A DNA stretch of 64,000 nucleotides from an uncultured Planctomycetota bacterium (GTDB lineage: Bacteria > Planctomycetota > Phycisphaerae > Tepidisphaerales > Tepidisphaeraceae): positions 1,568,001 to 1,632,000 of the forward strand of contig CAWJEN010000006.1 in NCBI GenBank assembly GCA_963841915.1, written 5' to 3'. Numbering within the stretch: position 1 is the stretch's first letter; each line of letters opens with the position of its first letter. Below are positions 60,088 through 64,000 of the stretch, piece by piece. A program made the translations under genes and the position numbers. A model generated the notes under the pieces. The model was given only the letters and a program-made list of their open reading frames with translations, searched no databases and was not told the DNA's origin.

Positions 60088-61031
60088 CGTGCCTCCGTTC
60101 GTCCGGCCCACTTCTGGATGATGGCAAAGGCGAAGAGGATCATGGCCAAGACCCAACCAATGGCCGACGCATAGCCGAGATCACCGAGGCGGAAGCCTTT
60201 TTCGTAGAGGTACATCACGACGGTGAGGCCGCTACGCCCTGGGCCACCGTTTTCGCCAAGAAGCAGGTAGGGCAGCTCGAAGAGCTGCATGCTGCCGATG
60301 ATCGACAGCAGCACGACAAAGGTCGCGACAGGCCGAATGGCGGGAATAGTGACATGCAGGAACCGATCCCAAGGTCCGGCACCATCGATTTCCGCCGCCT
60401 CGAGCAGCTCGCGGCTGACGTTCTGCAACGCCGCCAGGAAGTAGACCATGTTGAACCCGACGTAGAGCCAGAACGAGGCGATGATGAGGGCCGGCATCGC
60501 GTACTGCTGGAGCCACGGGAAGTTGATGTCCCACACGCCACCGGTGATGTTCGCCAGGAAGACGTTCAGCAGGCCGGTGCCTTTGTTGAAGATCAGCCCG
60601 AACAGGATCGCGACGAACGCCAAGCCGATCAGGACCGGGGCAAAGAAGATCAGCCGGAAGAACGCACGCCCCCGCAGCTCCGGGCGATTCAGCAGCAACG
60701 CCAGACCAAGCGACGCCGGCAATTGCACGAAAACGGAGCCGGCGGCAAAGATGAATGTGTTGCGGAGGGCGATCCAGAACTCGCCGTCGCTTAAGAGCCA
60801 GCGAAAGTTATCGAAGCCGACGAACGTCGTCACGGCCGGTCCGCTGTTCTGCTGGGTCGACATCACGACCGAGTAGGCCAGCGGGTAGACCGTGAAGATC
60901 AGAAACAGCAGGGCAAAGGGCGCGATGAAGAAGTACGGCGCCCACCAAGCGTGCGGCTGCAACGAGTTGGCCGGGTCGTCGGTGGTCCTGACGACACCAG
61001 CGGCGGCGGCGGTGGTCGAAGGGCTACTCAC
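60084..61031 (-). CDS. Carbohydrate ABC transporter permease (MalF-like)
   Basis: FVGFDNF; EAAEIDGA; GYASA. Confidence 0.93.
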   Translation of the reverse strand: MSSPSTTAAAAGVVRTTDDPANSLQPHAWWAPYFFIAPFALLFLIFTVYPLAYSVVMSTQQNSGPAVTTFVGFDNFRWLLSDGEFWIALRNTFIFAAGSVFVQLPASLGLALLLNRPELRGRAFFRLIFFAPVLIGLAFVAILFGLIFNKGTGLLNVFLANITGGVWDINFPWLQQYAMPALIIASFWLYVGFNMVYFLAALQNVSRELLEAAEIDGAGPWDRFLHVTIPAIRPVATFVVLLSIIGSMQLFELPYLLLGENGGPGRSGLTVVMYLYEKGFRLGDLGYASAIGWVLAMILFAFAIIQKWAGRTEAR

Positions 61032-62463
61032 GCGTGCCTCCTTCGCGCTCTGCTGCCAGGAAGCGGTTTCGGCTCATCTCCTGACGAACCAGCGTCGCAG
61101 CTTCCTTCAGGAGCTCTCGGGCACGAGGTTCGAGCTGGGCTGCGGTGATGGTCGCGGTCGGGCCGAACGCGCCAGATTCTGCCTCGTTGTAGAGCTTGAC
61201 CGAGACTTCACCGATTCGCTGCATGGCCGTCCTGTGGTACGGGTTGGACGAACGGAAGGGAACGTCTGGTGCCTGCTCGATGTAGAGCGTGCCGCTCGGC
61301 TGATTGGCAAAGTACGGGTCGGGCTCGTGGTAGTACGGGGCATCCCAGAACGACAAGACGGGCGAGATGATGTTGTTCGTTTTGAAGAGGCGCTCAGCAA
61401 GTTCCGGCGACAAATACAACTGTTTGGCGGCTGACCATGCCCGCTCGAAATCATCGGTTGCTTTAGGTATTCCCATCATCGTTCCGCCCCAGACGCTCGT
61501 CCGTCGGCCGCCCTCGTCCCAGGCGGGAAGCGGCATCAGCTTGTACTTGCCAGACAACTGCGGCAGGTCGAGTTTGTACACGCCGGCCAGCCAGTCGGGC
61601 ATGATCTGGCAGATCACCTTGCCGTCGATTCGCATCTGGTTACCCATCGGGTCAAAGTCAGGCGCGTCGATGGCGATCCGCGACGGCCCCACCATCCAAG
61701 CGATGCACTGTGCCAGCACCCGCACATTGGCGTCGCTGTCGACGAGCAGATCGTCCTGCTCGTCAAACGTCCCGCCACCCGCCTGAAGGAGCAACGCCTC
61801 CAGGCCGTCGTTCCGCGTGTACCACATGCTTAGCAGAAACCGGTCGTTTCGACCGTCACCGTCGAGGTCGGCGACGAGTGGTCGCATCAACCGCTCGAAG
61901 TCGTCCCACGTCTTGATCTGTGACACGTCAATGCCGGCCGCTTCGACGAGGTCGGCCCGGTAGCACAGCAGCACCGGATGCACGTCGTGCGGCAACCCGA
62001 AGATCCGGCCGCGGCTCGTCCACGGGCCGAATGACGCCGGGTTGATGATCTTGTCGAGGCCCTCAGACTTGATGCGGTCGGTCAGGTCCGTGAAGCCGAC
62101 ATGCTCGAGCGGGCCAGTGACAAAGTTGCTGATCGCGTTGCGCTCGACCTCGATCAGGTCGGCCAAAGGCGTTCCTGACCAGAAACCAGACAGAGTCCGC
62201 CGTTCGAGCGCGATGCCGTCAATCGTATAGACGTCCAGCGGCACAGCCCCCGGCTCATTGGCCGCCTCTGCGGATAGCTGCTGGTACAACTCGCTGTGAT
62301 TTCGGGCAAAGGTCCATAGCTCCAAACCTTCGGATTTCGAGATCGGCCAAGCGTTGACGACGACGGTCGACACCACGGCGATGATCAGAATGATCCACGT
62401 GCCCGGCGAAAGCACGTCGAACGGCCGCCACGCAAAGCGGGAAGTGTCAGTCGTCTTGTCCAA
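61024..62463 (-). CDS. Carbohydrate ABC transporter substrate-binding protein
   Basis: N-terminal TM; DLTD, GRIFGLP, YRADL, TWDDF, WGGT. Confidence 0.88.
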   Translation of the reverse strand: MDKTTDTSRFAWRPFDVLSPGTWIILIIAVVSTVVVNAWPISKSEGLELWTFARNHSELYQQLSAEAANEPGAVPLDVYTIDGIALERRTLSGFWSGTPLADLIEVERNAISNFVTGPLEHVGFTDLTDRIKSEGLDKIINPASFGPWTSRGRIFGLPHDVHPVLLCYRADLVEAAGIDVSQIKTWDDFERLMRPLVADLDGDGRNDRFLLSMWYTRNDGLEALLLQAGGGTFDEQDDLLVDSDANVRVLAQCIAWMVGPSRIAIDAPDFDPMGNQMRIDGKVICQIMPDWLAGVYKLDLPQLSGKYKLMPLPAWDEGGRRTSVWGGTMMGIPKATDDFERAWSAAKQLYLSPELAERLFKTNNIISPVLSFWDAPYYHEPDPYFANQPSGTLYIEQAPDVPFRSSNPYHRTAMQRIGEVSVKLYNEAESGAFGPTATITAAQLEPRARELLKEAATLVRQEMSRNRFLAAEREGGTRE

Positions 62464-62585
62464 ACGTTCCTCCTCAGGGTGGTTCGACCAGATGTGCCCG
62501 GCGTCTCGTCTTCATCATATCAAGCATGCTGCTGTGGCAAGCTCGACATCGGCGTCGTCATTGTCGCTACGGTAGCACCGCCCGC

Positions 62586-62601
62586 ATGAAAGCGATTACA
62601 T
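62586..62601. promoter_or_regulatory. LacI-type operator upstream of the ABC operon
   Basis: ATGAAAGCGATTACAT, imperfect copy of the 58788 palindrome. Confidence 0.65.
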
Positions 62602-63214
62602 CCACGCCCATGTTTCTTGCTGAGAAGACGTCATGTATCGCTGGAACGGGGCTGAGCAGAAGGTCGATGGCTATTAACGCGGCAACGCCCCCGAAAGCGT
62701 CGCAGGCTCACAACGACGTTTACTGGTCATGTTGTCGAGGTCGATCGGGCCGTCAGCCTGCCTCATCTGCGACCGCAAGGGCCGGCGAGTCAAGGCGGTG
62801 ACTTTGTGCGTGCAGATCGTATGTACCGCCTATGCGCTCGCTAGAACAGCTTCCTTGGCAGGTCTTACACGGTGCCTAGATACTTCGCACTCTGCCGAAT
62901 CCGCCTCAACAAGGAGGGGCTCGTCAAGGGTCCGCACAAGCGATTGGGCGAGAGAAGATGCCGCCGATTGTCGAACCTGATCAAGAAGTCGAGATGATGC
63001 GAATCGCTTTCCTCCCATTGAGCCCGGTCCTGGAGAGCCGAACCGCATCACGCTCCTCTGCTAGCCCGACCCATTTTGCCTGACTCGTCCGCAGACAACT
63101 GGATCCTGCCGGCCGCCGCGTTGGCAGACGCAAAAAGGACCCTTTGAGCCTGTGCCTTCATGTTCGCCATCGATCGAATGCCGACCCGTGGGACGACCCA
63201 GTGTGTCAAGCGAC

Positions 63215-64000
63215 TTACTCGGCGTTTGGGGCGTCGGCATCGGGAATGTGCTCCCGAAGGCGGTCGCGCTGACCGGCGGCGGCGGGATCGTCAATACGGT
63301 TGGTGAAGGCGTGCGGGTCGGCTTGTAAGTCGTACAGCTCCTCCTTCATGTTGGCGTAGCGGATCAGCCGCCAGTCGTTGGCGCGGACGGCGTGGTGTCC
63401 GCGGCCGCTCGTCGTGACGACGGGCTGGTCCCAGTCGGCGTCGTCGATCTTGCCGGTGATGAGGCCGGCGAGTGACAGGCCGTCGAGGCCGCGGCGCGGG
63501 GGCAGGCCGGTTACGTCTAGCAGCGTCGGGTAGAGGTCGACAAGACTCACGGCGACGTCGACTTGCTTGCCCGCCGGTACGCCGGGACCGCGAATGAATA
63601 GCGGGGAGCGCGTCGACTCGTCCCAAAGCGTAAATTTTCCCCAGTGCTGCTTTTCTCCGAGATGAAAGCCATGGTCGGAGACAACGATCACAAGCGTGTT
63701 TTCAGCATGGCCTGACTCCTCCAGCGCATCCAGCACGCGGCCGATTTCGTGGTCGGCGTAGCTGACGCACGCCAGATACGCCCGCACGAGCTCGCGAGCT
63801 TGGCCGCGCATCCTGATGGTGTCGTCATAGTCGAAGTTGCGGAAGGCATCGAGACCCCAAGCGATCGAGGGGATGTCGTTGCGGTCTTCTTCGCAGACCA
63901 CGGGCATCGTAATGTCGTCGAGCTCGTACTGGTCGAAGAATTGCTGCGGTGCGTAGAACGGCGCGTGCGGCTTCAGGATGCCAACGGCCATAAAGAATGG
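63215..64000 (-). CDS. Sulfatase (iduronate/choline sulfatase-like), 5'-truncated by window edge
   Basis: KPHAPF, AYLACVSYAD, SDHGFHLGEK, ELYD. Confidence 0.9.
   Translation of the reverse strand, partial: PFFMAVGILKPHAPFYAPQQFFDQYELDDITMPVVCEEDRNDIPSIAWGLDAFRNFDYDDTIRMRGQARELVRAYLACVSYADHEIGRVLDALEESGHAENTLVIVVSDHGFHLGEKQHWGKFTLWDESTRSPLFIRGPGVPAGKQVDVAVSLVDLYPTLLDVTGLPPRRGLDGLSLAGLITGKIDDADWDQPVVTTSGRGHHAVRANDWRLIRYANMKEELYDLQADPHAFTNRIDDPAAAGQRDRLREHIPDADAPNAE

Overview
High-GC bacterial chromosome segment, most likely Planctomycetota (Phycisphaerae-like). This is inferred from five PEP-CTERM proteins (two with dockerin-like repeats), two prepilin/DUF1559-type H-X9-DG proteins, sulfatases and an rpsP-trmD-rplS order without rimM. 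Four parS-like palindromes suggest an origin-proximal position. Content: housekeeping genes (sucD, acs, mdh, metY, ftsK, rsmD, rpsP, trmD, rplS); several DNA-repair or mutagenesis genes (dinB, udgX, ruvA, PA0069-type radical SAM, dnaE2); and two glycan-utilisation loci, one AraC-linked (GH2, GH78, sulfatase) and one LacI-linked (GH144-like, ABC transporter). Best leads: (1) a 459-bp element bounded by inverted octamer-repeat arrays, inserted in-frame in dnaE2 and carrying a nested four-helix-bundle gene in the +1 frame; (2) a coupled three-gene operon encoding a channel-like RCK/RyR protein, a SLOG protein and a patatin, which resembles an undescribed nucleotide-signalling or defence system; (3) a small basic protein resembling a divergent uL30 with an insertion; (4) a duplicated, covarying 5'-leader RNA structure upstream of two PEP-CTERM paralogs. 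Two frameshifts (ruvA and one DUF1559 gene) look like homopolymer sequencing errors. All calls come from manual motif recognition; no database searches were run.
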